50,467 nt of DNA from SAR324 cluster bacterium (GTDB lineage: Bacteria > SAR324 > JACQKK01). The DNA is taken from NCBI GenBank assembly GCA_027297205.1, contig JAPUIH010000197.1, forward strand, positions 1 through 50,467. Direction: 5' to 3'. The notes under the pieces were generated by a model that worked only from the letters and a program-made list of their open reading frames with translations, was not told the DNA's origin and made no database searches. Below are positions 8,120 through 19,277 of this stretch, in pieces (the first letter of the stretch is position 1; each line of letters opens with the position of its first letter). Both the position numbers and the translations under genes were made by a program.

Positions 8120-10861
8120 CTAACCCGCCCGTAGGCCTGCCTGCTGTTCCAGGCGCATGTGGCAATTCTTGTATTTCTTGCCGCTGCCGCAGTGGCAGGG
8201 AGCGTTGCGGCCCAGCTTTTCCCCCTTGCGCACAGGCTGGAGAGCCGGCGCGGCGGGAGCCTCATCGGAAGCCGCCGCTTGGCCGAATTCTCCCGACCCC
8301 TCCTCATGGGTGTAGTCCAATTCCACCTCCCTGCGCGTCACCGGTGCAGGCTGCTCGCTGCCAAACTGAGCACGGTTAAACGTGGTCACGGCTTCCTTGC
8401 TGATGCGGAACATCAGGCCGGAAAACATGTTGAAGCCCTCGCGCTTGTATTCGTCAATGGGCTTCTTCTGTGCGTATCCGACCAAGCCGATACCCTCGCG
8501 CAGATGATCCATGGACAGCAGATGGTCTTTCCACATATTGTCCGTGATGGACAAAAGCACCTGGCGCTGGAATCCGTGGAATACCTCGTTTGCCTCCTCC
8601 TGGGAGGGCACACGCCCCTGGGCCTCGGCCACGAGGCCGCGCAAGGCCTCCCGCTTCCCGCTATAAAGCACTTCGGCCTGGGCCATCCCATTTTCGCGCA
8701 GGGTTTGGCTGGATATGTCCTGATCGTCCCAATCCACTTCCAACTGCGTGCCGAAGGTGGACAGGTACTGGTGGCGCAACCCTTCCACATCCCACTGGTC
8801 CAGGTGCTTGGATTCGGCGAATTCGGTGATGATGTCCTCAACCACCTCGTCGGTCATGTCCAGCAGGATATTCTCGATGTCGCCCCCGAGAATCTCCCGG
8901 CGCTGACCGTAGATGATTTCCCGCTGCCTATTCATCACATCGTCGTATTCCAGCACGTGCTTGCGAATTTCAAAGTTGTGGGCTTCCACTTTTTTCTGGG
9001 CGGTTTCGATGGCCCGGGAGATGAGGGAGTGGGTGATGGCCTCGTCCTCTTCCACCTTGAGCCGCGTCATCAGGCCGGCAATGCGCTCCCCACCGAATAT
9101 GCGCATCAAATCGTCCTCCAGGGACAGGTAGAAGCGGGAGCCTCCTGGATCGCCCTGCCGGCCGGAACGGCCACGCAACTGATTGTCGATGCGGCGGCTT
9201 TCGTGACGTTCGGTGCCCACGATAAACAGTCCGCCCCGCTCCGTCACGCCCTCACCCAATTTGATGTCCGTACCCCGTCCGGCCATATTGGTGGCGATTG
9301 TGACCCGTCCCGCCTCACCGGCATTGGCGATTATTTCCGCCTCCTGCTCATGATACTTGGCGTTGAGCACGGTATGGGGAACGTGCACCTTCTTCAGTTG
9401 GCGGCTTAGGGCTTCCGAAGCCTCGATGGAAATTGTGCCCACCAGCACTGGCTGTCCCGTGGCGTGGATTTCCTGGATATCGCGTACGACAGCGCGGGAC
9501 TTGGCCTCCTTGGTCTTATAGATGACATCGGGCTGATCGTCGCGAATCATGGGACGGTTGGTGGGAATGACCGCAACTTCCATTCCGTAAATTTTGATAA
9601 ATTCCTCTTCTTCCGTTTTCGCCGTTCCGGTCATGCCGGCCAGCTTCTCGTACATGCGGAAGTAATTTTGAAAAGTGATGGAGGCGTAGGTTTGGCTTTC
9701 GCGCTCGATGGTGACGTTTTCCTTGGCTTCCAGGGCCTGGTGCAGGCCATCGCTGAAACGGCGACCCGGCATCAACCGCCCGGTAAACTCGTCCACAATC
9801 ACCACCTTGCTTTCATTGACCACGTAGTCCACGTCATTCTTGAACATGTAGTTGGCCTTGAGGGCCTGATTCACGTGGTGCAGGATTTCAATATTATCGA
9901 AATCGAACAGGTTGCTCTCGCCGAGCATGTGGATTTTGCGCAGGCGCTCTTCGATCACCCGGCTGCCTTTATCAGTGAGGGTGATGGAGCGTGATTTCTC
10001 GTCCAGGGAATAGTCTCCCTCGCGCACCATTGCGCGCTCCTCCAGGGTTTCCCAGTCTTCCCTGATCCCGTGGTGCTCCGTGGGCGGAAGATTGGCCACC
10101 TCCTCCTTGCGGATTTCGCGCTCGAGCCCAAACATCACTTTGTGGATGGTGTAGTATTTTTCGGTGGTTTCGTCCGTGGGGCCGCTGATGATGAGGGGCG
10201 TGCGCGCTTCGTCGATAAGGATGCTGTCCACCTCGTCCACGATGGCGAAGTAAAAGGGGCGCTGCACGTACTCTTCCAGCGTGAACTTCATGTTGTCCCG
10301 CAGATAATCGAAGCCGTATTCGTTGTTGGTGCCGTAAGTGATGTCCGCCCCATAGGCTTCCCGCCGCTGCGGATCGTCCATGCCGTGCTGGATCAGCCCC
10401 ACGGTGAATCCGAGCCGCTCGTAGATCTGGCCCATCCATTGGCTGTCCCGTTTGGCCAGATAGTCGTTGGGGGTAACGATGTGCACACCGCGCCCGGTCA
10501 GGGCGTTCAGGTAGGCCGGTGCGGTGGAGGCCAGGGTCTTGCCCTCCCCGGTTTTCATTTCGGCGATTCTGCCCGTATGCAGCGCAATACCGCCGAGCAA
10601 TTGCGCGTCAAAATGCCGCTCACCCAATGCGCGGCGGCTCGTCTCCCGAATCAACGCGAAGGCCTCGGGCAGCAGGTCGTCCAGGGATTCACCCTCCCCG
10701 TGACGCCGCCGCAACTCGTCAGACTTCAACGGAAGCTCTTCATCAGCCAGGGCTTGGCAGACGGATTCGAGATCGTTTATGCGCGCGACAATCGGTCCGA
10801 ACGACTTGAGCAGGCGTACATTTTTCGACGGGACGAATACGCTGGCGATTTTGGAAAGCAT
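8120..10861 (-). CDS. secA: Preprotein translocase ATPase SecA
   Basis: The track ORF runs to 10933. I trimmed it to ATG 10861 ([21 protein letters not shown]..., the canonical SecA start). Motifs: [29 protein letters not shown]-terminal zinc motif [13 protein letters not shown]. Confidence 0.95.
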   Translation of the reverse strand: MLSKIASVFVPSKNVRLLKSFGPIVARINDLESVCQALADEELPLKSDELRRRHGEGESLDDLLPEAFALIRETSRRALGERHFDAQLLGGIALHTGRIAEMKTGEGKTLASTAPAYLNALTGRGVHIVTPNDYLAKRDSQWMGQIYERLGFTVGLIQHGMDDPQRREAYGADITYGTNNEYGFDYLRDNMKFTLEEYVQRPFYFAIVDEVDSILIDEARTPLIISGPTDETTEKYYTIHKVMFGLEREIRKEEVANLPPTEHHGIREDWETLEERAMVREGDYSLDEKSRSITLTDKGSRVIEERLRKIHMLGESNLFDFDNIEILHHVNQALKANYMFKNDVDYVVNESKVVIVDEFTGRLMPGRRFSDGLHQALEAKENVTIERESQTYASITFQNYFRMYEKLAGMTGTAKTEEEEFIKIYGMEVAVIPTNRPMIRDDQPDVIYKTKEAKSRAVVRDIQEIHATGQPVLVGTISIEASEALSRQLKKVHVPHTVLNAKYHEQEAEIIANAGEAGRVTIATNMAGRGTDIKLGEGVTERGGLFIVGTERHESRRIDNQLRGRSGRQGDPGGSRFYLSLEDDLMRIFGGERIAGLMTRLKVEEDEAITHSLISRAIETAQKKVEAHNFEIRKHVLEYDDVMNRQREIIYGQRREILGGDIENILLDMTDEVVEDIITEFAESKHLDQWDVEGLRHQYLSTFGTQLEVDWDDQDISSQTLRENGMAQAEVLYSGKREALRGLVAEAQGRVPSQEEANEVFHGFQRQVLLSITDNMWKDHLLSMDHLREGIGLVGYAQKKPIDEYKREGFNMFSGLMFRISKEAVTTFNRAQFGSEQPAPVTRREVELDYTHEEGSGEFGQAAASDEAPAAPALQPVRKGEKLGRNAPCHCGSGKKYKNCHMRLEQQAGLRAG

Positions 10862-11280
10862 GTATGATTTCCGAGATGAGGGGCACCGGCAAGCCCGATG
10901 AGTACCTTTTCCTGGACGGCAAGCGCGCCACAAATTCCGGTGAGAAACGGCCTGCCGTAACCTTTAATTTGACCGGAAATCGCGTAAGCCGTCAAGCAGT
11001 CCCCGTGGCGCTGAAGCGGGGCTTGCCGCGGCCCAACAGGAACCGAATTGCATACCAAGACGTTATGAACTGCAGACCCGGCCGGCAATGTTGCCCACTC
11101 TATATGGTTATAGTAAGTATGCTGCCAATATTGCCAAGGCTGCCGGGGAGGTATCGCTGATGGCATGATGCATTGGTGGCGCAGCCAGTGGAATGGAATT
11201 GCTTCCGCATCCGGCTGAGTACCGGTAAGCATGGCTTGCACCGCCGAATTCCCTCAACGCATTTGCAAGGAACGCCGCGC

Positions 11281-12681
11281 ATGAACCCTCGCCGCATAAT
11301 TGGGGTCACCCTGTTCTTGTCCCTGTTCGTGCTATATGCGGCGCCGGCACTGGCGGCGGAAGGAGGCAGCGGATTCGTGCCGCCGGTTTGGACCGTGGTG
11401 CCATTCGTTGGGATTCTGCTCTCCATCGCCGTGTGGCCGCTATTCGCACCGCATGCCTGGGAACACCATTTCGGAAAAATCAGTGCGGCGTGGATAGTGC
11501 TGGCCATCGTGATAATGGCGGTCTCCGTGGATGCGGACTGGACATTTCTGTCGGCCTACGGCTCTAAGTTTTTCTCCACCTACGAGGAGTATTTCTCCTT
11601 CATCGTACTGCTGGGATCGCTGTATGTAATTTCGGGCGGGATCTGCATCGTGGGCGACATCAAAGGCACCCCCGCCACCAACACCAGCATAATTCTCGTT
11701 GGCTCCCTGCTGGCCAGCCTGATCGGCACGACTGGCGCGGCAATGCTGCTGATCCGGCCGCTGCTGAAAGCCAACCGCGACCGCAAGCATCAGGCGCATG
11801 TCGTGTTGTTCTTTATCTTCCTGGTGTGCAACATCGGCGGCTCCCTGACACCGATCGGCGATCCCCCGCTGTTCCTGGGCTTTTTGCAAGGCATCCCCTT
11901 TCAATGGACCCTGGTGCTGACGCCCATGTGGGCTTTCGCGGTGACGATCGTGCTGGCAATATTTTATGTGCTGGACCGCTACCTGATGGAAAAGGATGCA
12001 GTCAAGGGCGGCATCCCGGCCATCAAGGTGGAGGGCTCACTCAATTTCCTGCTGCTGCTGGGGGTGGTGGGGTCGGTCATTATGAGCGGGGTGCTGCATT
12101 TCGAAACGACCATTCCAGTGGGGTCCCTGGGCGTATTTCACATCCAGAATCTGCTGCGTGACGGGATCATGATCCTGTTGGCGGTGGGGTCCCTGCTGAT
12201 TACGGCCAAGAGCACGCGGGAAAAGAACCACTTCAATTACGCTCCCATTCTGGAAGTGGCCTACCTGTTCATCGGAATTTTCACAACCATGATCCCCGTC
12301 CTGATGCTCCTCAATGCCCGGGGTGCGGAGTTGGGCCTGGAGACCCCCGCCGCCTATTTCTGGATTACGGGTTTGCTCTCCAGTTTTCTGGACAACGCCC
12401 CTACCTATCTGACCTTCCTGGCCACCGCGATGGGTTCCCTGGGTCTGGAGAATGCGATCGAAATGACCATGACCCCGGAAGCCGAGGGCATATTGGTGGG
12501 AATTTCCTTGGGTGCCGTGTTCATGGGCGCCAATACCTATATCGGCAACGGGCCGAACTTCATGGTAAAGGCCATTGCCGAGAGCGAAGGAGTGAAAATG
12601 CCCAGCTTTTTCGGCTACCTGCTCTACTCGGTGATCGTGTTGTTTCCGGTGTTTATTCTGATCACCTTCATCTTCTTCTAA
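11281..12681 (+). CDS. ArsB/NhaD-superfamily (CitMHS-like) ion transporter, putative Na+/H+ antiporter
   Basis: Trimmed from 11173 to ATG 11281, which has an AAGGA SD 8 nt upstream. 466 aa, polytopic, with a signal-like N-terminus. Blocks GDPPLFLGF, SSFLDNAPTY and GNGPNFMV are as in proteins annotated sodium:proton antiporter. Confidence 0.7.
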   Translation: MNPRRIIGVTLFLSLFVLYAAPALAAEGGSGFVPPVWTVVPFVGILLSIAVWPLFAPHAWEHHFGKISAAWIVLAIVIMAVSVDADWTFLSAYGSKFFSTYEEYFSFIVLLGSLYVISGGICIVGDIKGTPATNTSIILVGSLLASLIGTTGAAMLLIRPLLKANRDRKHQAHVVLFFIFLVCNIGGSLTPIGDPPLFLGFLQGIPFQWTLVLTPMWAFAVTIVLAIFYVLDRYLMEKDAVKGGIPAIKVEGSLNFLLLLGVVGSVIMSGVLHFETTIPVGSLGVFHIQNLLRDGIMILLAVGSLLITAKSTREKNHFNYAPILEVAYLFIGIFTTMIPVLMLLNARGAELGLETPAAYFWITGLLSSFLDNAPTYLTFLATAMGSLGLENAIEMTMTPEAEGILVGISLGAVFMGANTYIGNGPNFMVKAIAESEGVKMPSFFGYLLYSVIVLFPVFILITFIFF

Positions 12682-12811
12682 ATCTTCGCTGAATTTGGGC
12701 GGGGGCACCCCCCGCGTATTCATCGCAGCAGCCTCCGCGCGGCCCCTGGACGGGCCGTGCGGATGGTTCTTTTCGTCCCGGCGCAAACTATTCCCCTATT
12801 CCCGCCTCGCG

Positions 12812-12827
12812 GGGTCTGCAAATTGCT
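12812..12827 (+). promoter_or_regulatory. Weak sigma54 (-24/-12)-like element upstream of the CpoB-like gene
   Basis: gGGtctgcaaatTGCt has GG-N10-GC spacing and a good -12 TTGCT, but a poor -24 (GGTCT versus GGCAC). It lies ~50 nt upstream of ATG 12879, and rpoN is present in the window. Confidence 0.2.
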
Positions 12828-12878
12828 TTCCTGTTAACAGGCTACAATTGCGCCCCCGCGCGAGGAAACGCTCTTCCA

Positions 12879-13949
12879 ATGAAAGGGGAGATGATGATTG
12901 CGAACATCTGCAAAACCGCTCTGTGGCTGGCCGCCATTGCGCTTCTACTCACCGGCTGTAATTTGGTCAAACACCGGATGGCCGAAGTCAACAGAAAGCC
13001 CAAGCCCACCGCGCAGATGCAATCGTCCGAGATGAGGTCGCTCCAGGAGGAGAACGAGAGTTTGCGCAAAAGCCAACAAAAAACGCTGCGGAAGGTGGAA
13101 GCGCTCATTAGCCAGTTGGAAGCGGAAAAGGCGGAGCAACGGCGCTTTCGCGACATGATGGCCACCAATTTTGATCTGCTGGAGCAGTCGGTCGCGCTTT
13201 CCCTGTCCAAATCCGCCGGCGGGTCACCCGTAGTGGAACCCACGGAACTTAATCTTCCAAGGAAGCGACCGGCGCCTCCTGTTTCGAGTGCCGCCATGCC
13301 GGCCCAGGCACCCCGCGCCCTGCCCCCCGCGGCGGCAGCTCTCAGTAGCGCGAGGGCCACATCCACGATCAACGCCCGCAAGACTAATGACACCGTCAAG
13401 GCGGTAAGCCTGCAAGTCGAGCGCACCGTGGGAACCGTAGAGCAGAGGAGCACCACATTTGAAGATCCGGACCTGACTCCCCCGCGAAATCCCCGCAACC
13501 TGCAAGGGCACCGTGCAGCCAAGATTGTGTACAATAGAGGATTCGCCCGCTTTGCCCGTGGAGAATTTAGGCAGGCGATCATGATCTACGAGGATTTCCT
13601 GGAGCGCTTCCCCGAGGACATTTACAGTGACAACGCACAATTTTGGATTGGGGAATCCTATTTCCGGCAAAACCGCTTGCTGGAAGCCGAAGGCGCTTAC
13701 CGCAAGGTGCTGCGCAACTACGAACACCGCAGCACTTTGGAAGGCTTCAAGACACCGGACGCCATCTACCGGATTGGGCAGACCTACCTGAAGCGGAACG
13801 AGCCGCGCCGGGCACGGTACTATTTCACCGCCGCAATGGAGCGCTTTCCCCAGACATCCGTGGGGCGGAAGGCAAAGCGGGAGTTGGCCACCTTAAGTTT
13901 AAAAACGGCCGGCACGGGAGAAACCGCGGCCACCTCCAACGGGTCTTGA
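12879..13949 (+). CDS. CpoB/YbgF-like TPR protein with lipoprotein signal, coiled coil and Ala/Pro-rich linker
   Basis: 356 aa. Lipobox LLLTGC. N-terminal heptad-like region (SLQEENESLRKSQQKTLRKVEALISQLEAEKAEQ). The C-terminus YNRGFARFARGEFRQAIMIYEDFLERFPEDIYSDNAQFWIGESYF...YRIGQTYLK...ERFPQTS follows the YbgF TPR pattern. Confidence 0.7.
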   Translation: MKGEMMIANICKTALWLAAIALLLTGCNLVKHRMAEVNRKPKPTAQMQSSEMRSLQEENESLRKSQQKTLRKVEALISQLEAEKAEQRRFRDMMATNFDLLEQSVALSLSKSAGGSPVVEPTELNLPRKRPAPPVSSAAMPAQAPRALPPAAAALSSARATSTINARKTNDTVKAVSLQVERTVGTVEQRSTTFEDPDLTPPRNPRNLQGHRAAKIVYNRGFARFARGEFRQAIMIYEDFLERFPEDIYSDNAQFWIGESYFRQNRLLEAEGAYRKVLRNYEHRSTLEGFKTPDAIYRIGQTYLKRNEPRRARYYFTAAMERFPQTSVGRKAKRELATLSLKTAGTGETAATSNGS

Positions 13950-14027
13950 TCCGACCAACGCAGCTCCAGCCGACCCGGCCGCACCGACTGCGCAGCGGAA
14001 ACACCAGGACTTGCTGGGAGCATGTGC

Positions 14028-14693
14028 CTAAATCGATTTCTTGCTCAATTCCCTCTCGATACTCCTGGCCAGCTTTCTCACAGATTCCAAATTGGGATTG
14101 ATCTTCAAGGCCCGCTTGAGATAGTCCACCGCTTCGCTCATCCGTTCCAGCTTGATCATGCAATAGCCCGCACCGCTGAGCGCCCCGAAGTGATAGGGGT
14201 TTTGCTCCAGGGTACGCGCAATGTCGTCCAGGGAGTGTTGGTAGCGGCCCAGCAGATACCAGGCCGTGGCCCGTTTGTTATAGCCCTCGGCGAAGTCCGG
14301 CCGGTCGCTGATTACCTCGTCGAATATCGAAACCGCCTGCCGAACCCTGCCATTCGCCATCAGGTAACTTCCAAACTTCAGCATCTCATCCACACGGACG
14401 CTTCCGGAGCGGCTCCAGATTGCCCAGAGCGTACTTTCAGCCAGTTCGCGCACGCCGGGGTTGTCATCGAGCAGCCGATCCGCCACCGGGGGTACGGCGG
14501 TCTGCCGGCCGTACCTGGCGAGCCAGTTCAGGGCCTGTTTGCGCTCCCCAGGTGAACCGGCGAGCAGTGATTGCAGCTTCCCCTGCTCTTCCAGTTCAGC
14601 GGCGGATGGTGTGCCAGTGGTTGCAATAAAAATGAGACCCTGCATCGTGAAAAACAGGATTAGGAAAACTATCGCTGGCCGGAGATTTGTCAT
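14028..14693 (-). CDS. Exported HEAT/TPR-repeat protein
   Basis: 221 aa. Has an N-terminal signal/anchor. HEAT-like segment LLDDNPGVRELAESTLWAIW, then TPR units (AEGYNKRATAWYLLGRYQHSLDDIARTLEQNP...AVDYLKRALKINP). Confidence 0.65.
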   Translation of the reverse strand: MTNLRPAIVFLILFFTMQGLIFIATTGTPSAAELEEQGKLQSLLAGSPGERKQALNWLARYGRQTAVPPVADRLLDDNPGVRELAESTLWAIWSRSGSVRVDEMLKFGSYLMANGRVRQAVSIFDEVISDRPDFAEGYNKRATAWYLLGRYQHSLDDIARTLEQNPYHFGALSGAGYCMIKLERMSEAVDYLKRALKINPNLESVRKLARSIERELSKKSI

Positions 14694-15006
14694 GGTGGGC
14701 CCCTTATACGTTAAATGAGCAGTGGGCGGTACTTGCCAAATATCTCAACTTATTCTTTAACGGTAAAGGGTGAAAAGTTTCCTCTCGTAAATCAGGCATA
14801 ACTGTATTTTCCCGTGGGCCGAATTGTGATAAGTTGCTCTTTCCGCTTGGCTTTTTTACATGTGGGCGGGGATTCAGTGGCGCTTTATTAGCTAATTGCC
14901 GCAAAAATTACCCGTGGCAGCCAGGTTTAATTAGGGGATGGATGATTCCCGGGATATGCATGGCGCGCAAATTATGAACCGGCGCGTCTATTAAGGTCTT
15001 TTCGAA

Positions 15007-16944
15007 ATGATGATTTTCGAAAAAGCGATCGAAGACGCGTCGACCATGTTCCTGTTCGATAGGCGTTCCCAGCAGCAACTGCACGAGATGGCCGAGGAGG
15101 CCGCGCCTGGATCGAAAGACCGCTATCTGATCCTGCTCACACAGGCCGCGTTTACCTATTACAACGATTACGAATCCCAGGGTTGGGACATTCGCAATTC
15201 CATCCGCCAAGCCCAGGTCATATTGCGTGAAGTCAAGCGGTTCCGGCAAGACCGCATCTTTTTCACCCTGGCGCTGCGCATGGAGGTGGATATTCTGCTT
15301 CACAATTCCCGGCTCAACTACGGGGATGCTCCAGCAAAGGACAAGCTGAAGAATTTGTTCAACGAAGAGGACGCACGGGCTCTTTCCATCTGCGACACGC
15401 TCCTTAAGAATCTACCACCCCAAATTGAGCCTCTTCCCAACGCCTGGTACACCTCGCTGATTCCGCTCATGCCAAGTTTCCAGGATGAGGTACTTAAGTT
15501 CTACGGCGACCGCGTAAAGGAAAACCGGCTCGAAGTGCTGGAGCGCATGCTCAAGCAGATCAAGGCAGAGCTCATCATGGCCTCCGCGATCATTGCGGCC
15601 AAGAAGTTCCTGGCCAGCACCAAGGTGGATATCGGCAAATCGGAATGGGTGTACAAACTCCTGTTGGAAAGCGTGCGGGGCATCATGGCGCGGTTGGGCG
15701 ATGAAATGCCCGTGGCACCCCAAGTTATTTCCGACATCACCCTGCCCAAGGGAATATCGCAGGGTCAGCTGGAGATTGCCCTGGAAAGCGTACAGAAGGA
15801 ACTTGATCAGGCGAATGCGGACAAAGACATGCCCAAGTATACGTCCAGCCTGTTGCAGATGGGCATCCTGCATTTTCTCCGCAACAACGAGGTCAGTGCA
15901 GTCAAGTGTCTGATTAGTGCCTTGCGGGCGAGCGCAAACCTGGATGAGGAGATCAGAAAGTCCCGCCAGTACCGGCACGATCTGTTTCCGGATATTCCGT
16001 TCATGGTGGGCACCTCCTTTCTAAAGCTGGGCTTGGCCGACCGGCAGGACCAGATTGACGACGGCGGCAACCTGAACAAGGGCATGAGCGGCCTGCTGCG
16101 GGCGCTGCTGCTGAACTCCAACTACCATCAGGCTTATGTAAATCTGGCGCTGGCCATGCATCTGGCCTCGGAACCCGGACTGGAAGAAGTCTTACAGATG
16201 TACCTGGGCAGTTTCGATGGCGACCTGGCCCAGTTGGACAGACATCTCTTCCGCAATTTGGCAGTGCTGGAGGCTCAGGCCCACGACACCGCATACCATC
16301 CCGAGGCGCTGAAATGGCTGATCGTCTCCCACTTCAGCCTGGGCGGTGAATTAACCAAGGGCAAAAAGATGCTGCAGGAGCTGAAAAACCTGTACCTTCT
16401 CAACGCCCACGAGTTGGCCTCCCGCTATCTGGAGAGCTATCGCTCTGCGTTCAGGCTGAACGATCAGGAATTTATCGCCGATTTGGAGGAAAACACCCTG
16501 CATTCGGCAATTCTGTACCATATCGCCCACTCCTTCGCGTCCCGCGCGCTGAGCCAGGGCAAGGACAGCAACGAGGTGGTGTTGGATCATGAGCACTTGG
16601 ACCAATCCATAGAGTTGAACACCGATGCCTTATATTTCAATGCCCGGAGCATGAGCGCCCTGCGGCTGATCGACACGCAAAAGTCGATCATCCAGTTCGC
16701 GCTGGGCCGCACCGAAAAGCGCTGGGAGCAAATCAACACCAATCTCAGTAACCGCTTCACGTTGTATGAGAACTACCTGCGGGAGATGAAAAGCTATAAC
16801 CTGCTCAAGGAGCGGCTCGTGAGTGTGAAGATGGATAAGCTCGTGCCCACCATGAAATTCTCCGAAACCGCCGTGCTCCGCATGGACGTTACCCTCACAT
16901 CGGATCAAAAGGAGCGTCTCCGCACCCGGGTCGGTCTCAATTAA
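15007..16944 (+). CDS. Hypothetical protein, large all-alpha / TPR-like, no recognisable catalytic motif
   Basis: 645-aa uninterrupted ORF with GC-rich third positions, preceded by a 313-bp AT-richer spacer. Has TPR-like stretches (NSNYHQAYVNLALAM). No signal peptide or TM segment is evident. Confidence 0.7.
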   Translation: MMIFEKAIEDASTMFLFDRRSQQQLHEMAEEAAPGSKDRYLILLTQAAFTYYNDYESQGWDIRNSIRQAQVILREVKRFRQDRIFFTLALRMEVDILLHNSRLNYGDAPAKDKLKNLFNEEDARALSICDTLLKNLPPQIEPLPNAWYTSLIPLMPSFQDEVLKFYGDRVKENRLEVLERMLKQIKAELIMASAIIAAKKFLASTKVDIGKSEWVYKLLLESVRGIMARLGDEMPVAPQVISDITLPKGISQGQLEIALESVQKELDQANADKDMPKYTSSLLQMGILHFLRNNEVSAVKCLISALRASANLDEEIRKSRQYRHDLFPDIPFMVGTSFLKLGLADRQDQIDDGGNLNKGMSGLLRALLLNSNYHQAYVNLALAMHLASEPGLEEVLQMYLGSFDGDLAQLDRHLFRNLAVLEAQAHDTAYHPEALKWLIVSHFSLGGELTKGKKMLQELKNLYLLNAHELASRYLESYRSAFRLNDQEFIADLEENTLHSAILYHIAHSFASRALSQGKDSNEVVLDHEHLDQSIELNTDALYFNARSMSALRLIDTQKSIIQFALGRTEKRWEQINTNLSNRFTLYENYLREMKSYNLLKERLVSVKMDKLVPTMKFSETAVLRMDVTLTSDQKERLRTRVGLN

Positions 16945-17012
16945 TATTTTGAAAGCAGGGAATTGCGCACTGATTTGCGCCGTTCGTCCGCGGTGGAGCG
17001 ACGCCAAAGCGC

Positions 17013-19277
17013 TTAGGGAGAAGCCTGCACGCTTTCCTCGGGCGCGGCCTCGAAGGCTTGGTTCAATCTGCGCGCGAAGGGACTGGGGGCGGTGTACAGT
17101 TGCCGGCCGGACTGGGACTTGTCACCCTTCTGAAATGCGAGATCGCGGGCGAAATGGATTGTGCAGACCTGGGTGGGCGCCTCGCGCTCCCGGTAGTTGT
17201 AAACGATGGGCGAGGGACACCACGGGTTGGCCACCTGCCCACTCACCGGGCATGTACGCACTGTCACATAGGGCGCCTCGGGCAGAGGAAAGCCCTCCGG
17301 TTCAGGAGGAAGTGCCTTTTGCATGAATTCCCGCCACATCCGTGCAGGCGTGCGGCCTCCAACCTCGGAGGGCATTTCGCGGTTGTCGTCATTGCCGAGC
17401 CAGACGCCCGCCACCAGATTGGGCGAAAACCCAATAAACCACACATCCCTGGGACCATCGTTGGTGCCCGTCTTTCCGCCCACGGGTCTGTCCAGCCGCG
17501 CCCTGCGGCCTGTGCCCCGTCGAATCACCGCTGAAAGCATGTTACGCATTTGGAATGCGGTCCAAGGTGAAAAGACCTGCTCGGGAGGTTCGGGAAAATG
17601 CTCGAAAAGCACATCCCCGCGCATATTGGTGACCTTGCGGATGAACACCGGCTTAACGTGCATTCCACCGTTGGCAAATGCACCATAGGCCGCGGTCAGG
17701 TCCAGCAGAGTGGTCTCCGAGCAACCCAGGGCGATACACAAGCCCATATCCCCGCGTACCGAAATGTCCATGCGCCGCGCCAGGCGCACGACGGGCAGCA
17801 CCCCAATCCTGTCCAGCACTTGCACAGCTATCACATTGCTGGATCGTTCCAGGGCACGGGCGAGAGTCATCCGTTTTTCCCTGCCCTGCCCTCCGTCCGA
17901 TCCGCCCACCCAGACACCGTAAACATCGTTGTAGTTGCGGGGCTCGTAAATATCCGGCAATTCCCCCGCCGGCGTGGAGAGGACTTCCTCCGCCGAAATA
18001 TAAGGCTCCAATTCCAACCCCGCTCCGCGAATTCTCTGCATGGCCCCGTGTGACCATACATAGCGCACGGGCTCGTCCACGAACATTTCGTTGGGCGTGA
18101 TCCCCTTCTCCAGGGCGGCGGCATACATGATGGGTTTGAACGCCGATCCAGGTTGGCGCAAGGCCTGGGTGGCACGATTGAACTGGGACACCGCATAATC
18201 CACGCCCCCCACCAGCGCCCGCACATATCCGCCCTTGGTGTCCATGGCCACCAGCGCGGCTTGGGAGGCTCCACTGTTGTCTCTGGCCATGCGCAGCACG
18301 GCTTCTTCGGCCGCGGCCTGCTGAATGGGATCGAGAGTGGTGTATACCCGGTAGCCACGGCCCGCCACTTGGGAAATACCAAGGGATTGCCGAAGTTCCT
18401 TCAGCACCTCCTGCACGAAATAGGGGGACTTCCGGGTGGGGGGCACGGGCTTGAGGACGATCAGCTTCGCCTGGCGGGCCTGCTGCACCTTTGCCCGCGG
18501 CAACCAGTTCTTCTTCTCCAGCACATTCAGCACATAACTCATACGGACTTGCAGATGCTTGAGCAGATGCAGGGGCAGATGCGGTGATTCGGTCTCCGCC
18601 TCGGCCTGGGGATACTGAAGGTAGCCTTCGGGCTTCTTGATCAATGCGGCCAGGAAAGCGGCCTCATGCAATTTCAAGTCAATTGAGGCTTTATTGAAAT
18701 AGGCCCTGGAGGCTTTTTCCACCCCGTATAGTCCATTTCCCAGATAGACCCTGTTCAAATAGAACTCCAGCAGCTTCATTTTCGGATACTGGAGTTCAAG
18801 GGACACGGCCATGAATATTTCCTTGATCTTCCGGGTCAGCGTGCGCTCGGAGGACAACAGGGTCAGCTTCACCAATTGCTGTGTGATTGTGCTGCCGCCT
18901 TGATAGTAGGCCATGGAACGCAGATTGGCCCAAAGCGCACCCAACAACCGCACGGGGTCCATACCGCGGTGACTGAAAAACCGTCGATCCTCAACGGCGA
19001 TCACGGCCTTCTGCAAATTGGTGCTGATCTGATCGATCCCAACCGTATGCCGGTCCTCCAGTCCTTCCACGGTGGCCAGCGTACGGCCTTCCTTGTCGAG
19101 GATGACGGTATTGTTGGAGGTGTTGGCCAGCACCAGTTCGAACTGCCTGACCACATGCGGCGACCAAAGATAGAATCCCACGGAGATGCCCACCAGTACG
19201 GCCAACCATCCCCCGATCAGAATGGCAGTAATTCGCCACACGCGATCCAACAAGGGTCTGCTACTCGTGCTGCGCAA
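17013..19277 (-). CDS. mrcA: Class A penicillin-binding protein (PBP1A-type bifunctional transglycosylase/transpeptidase)
   Basis: 754 aa with a TTG start. N-terminal TM segment. GT51 motifs EDRRFFSHRGMD, GGSTITQQL, RKIKE. Transpeptidase motifs SAFKP (SxxK), SSN (SxN), KTGT. Confidence 0.9.
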   Translation of the reverse strand: MRSTSSRPLLDRVWRITAILIGGWLAVLVGISVGFYLWSPHVVRQFELVLANTSNNTVILDKEGRTLATVEGLEDRHTVGIDQISTNLQKAVIAVEDRRFFSHRGMDPVRLLGALWANLRSMAYYQGGSTITQQLVKLTLLSSERTLTRKIKEIFMAVSLELQYPKMKLLEFYLNRVYLGNGLYGVEKASRAYFNKASIDLKLHEAAFLAALIKKPEGYLQYPQAEAETESPHLPLHLLKHLQVRMSYVLNVLEKKNWLPRAKVQQARQAKLIVLKPVPPTRKSPYFVQEVLKELRQSLGISQVAGRGYRVYTTLDPIQQAAAEEAVLRMARDNSGASQAALVAMDTKGGYVRALVGGVDYAVSQFNRATQALRQPGSAFKPIMYAAALEKGITPNEMFVDEPVRYVWSHGAMQRIRGAGLELEPYISAEEVLSTPAGELPDIYEPRNYNDVYGVWVGGSDGGQGREKRMTLARALERSSNVIAVQVLDRIGVLPVVRLARRMDISVRGDMGLCIALGCSETTLLDLTAAYGAFANGGMHVKPVFIRKVTNMRGDVLFEHFPEPPEQVFSPWTAFQMRNMLSAVIRRGTGRRARLDRPVGGKTGTNDGPRDVWFIGFSPNLVAGVWLGNDDNREMPSEVGGRTPARMWREFMQKALPPEPEGFPLPEAPYVTVRTCPVSGQVANPWCPSPIVYNYREREAPTQVCTIHFARDLAFQKGDKSQSGRQLYTAPSPFARRLNQAFEAAPEESVQASP

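Noticed and set aside
8159-9409. A 416-aa plus-strand ORF antisense to secA. Similar long antisense or off-frame ORFs occur at 34002..35189 (in polA), 23216..24040 (in lptB), 12037..12786 (in the transporter), 28002..28874, 31195..31845, 43497..44420 and 48107..49195.
   Set aside because: Each lies entirely inside a gene with unmistakable family motifs on the other strand. Their translations are Arg/Gly/His/Pro-rich with no recognisable domains. Stop-free antisense frames like these are expected in GC-rich DNA.
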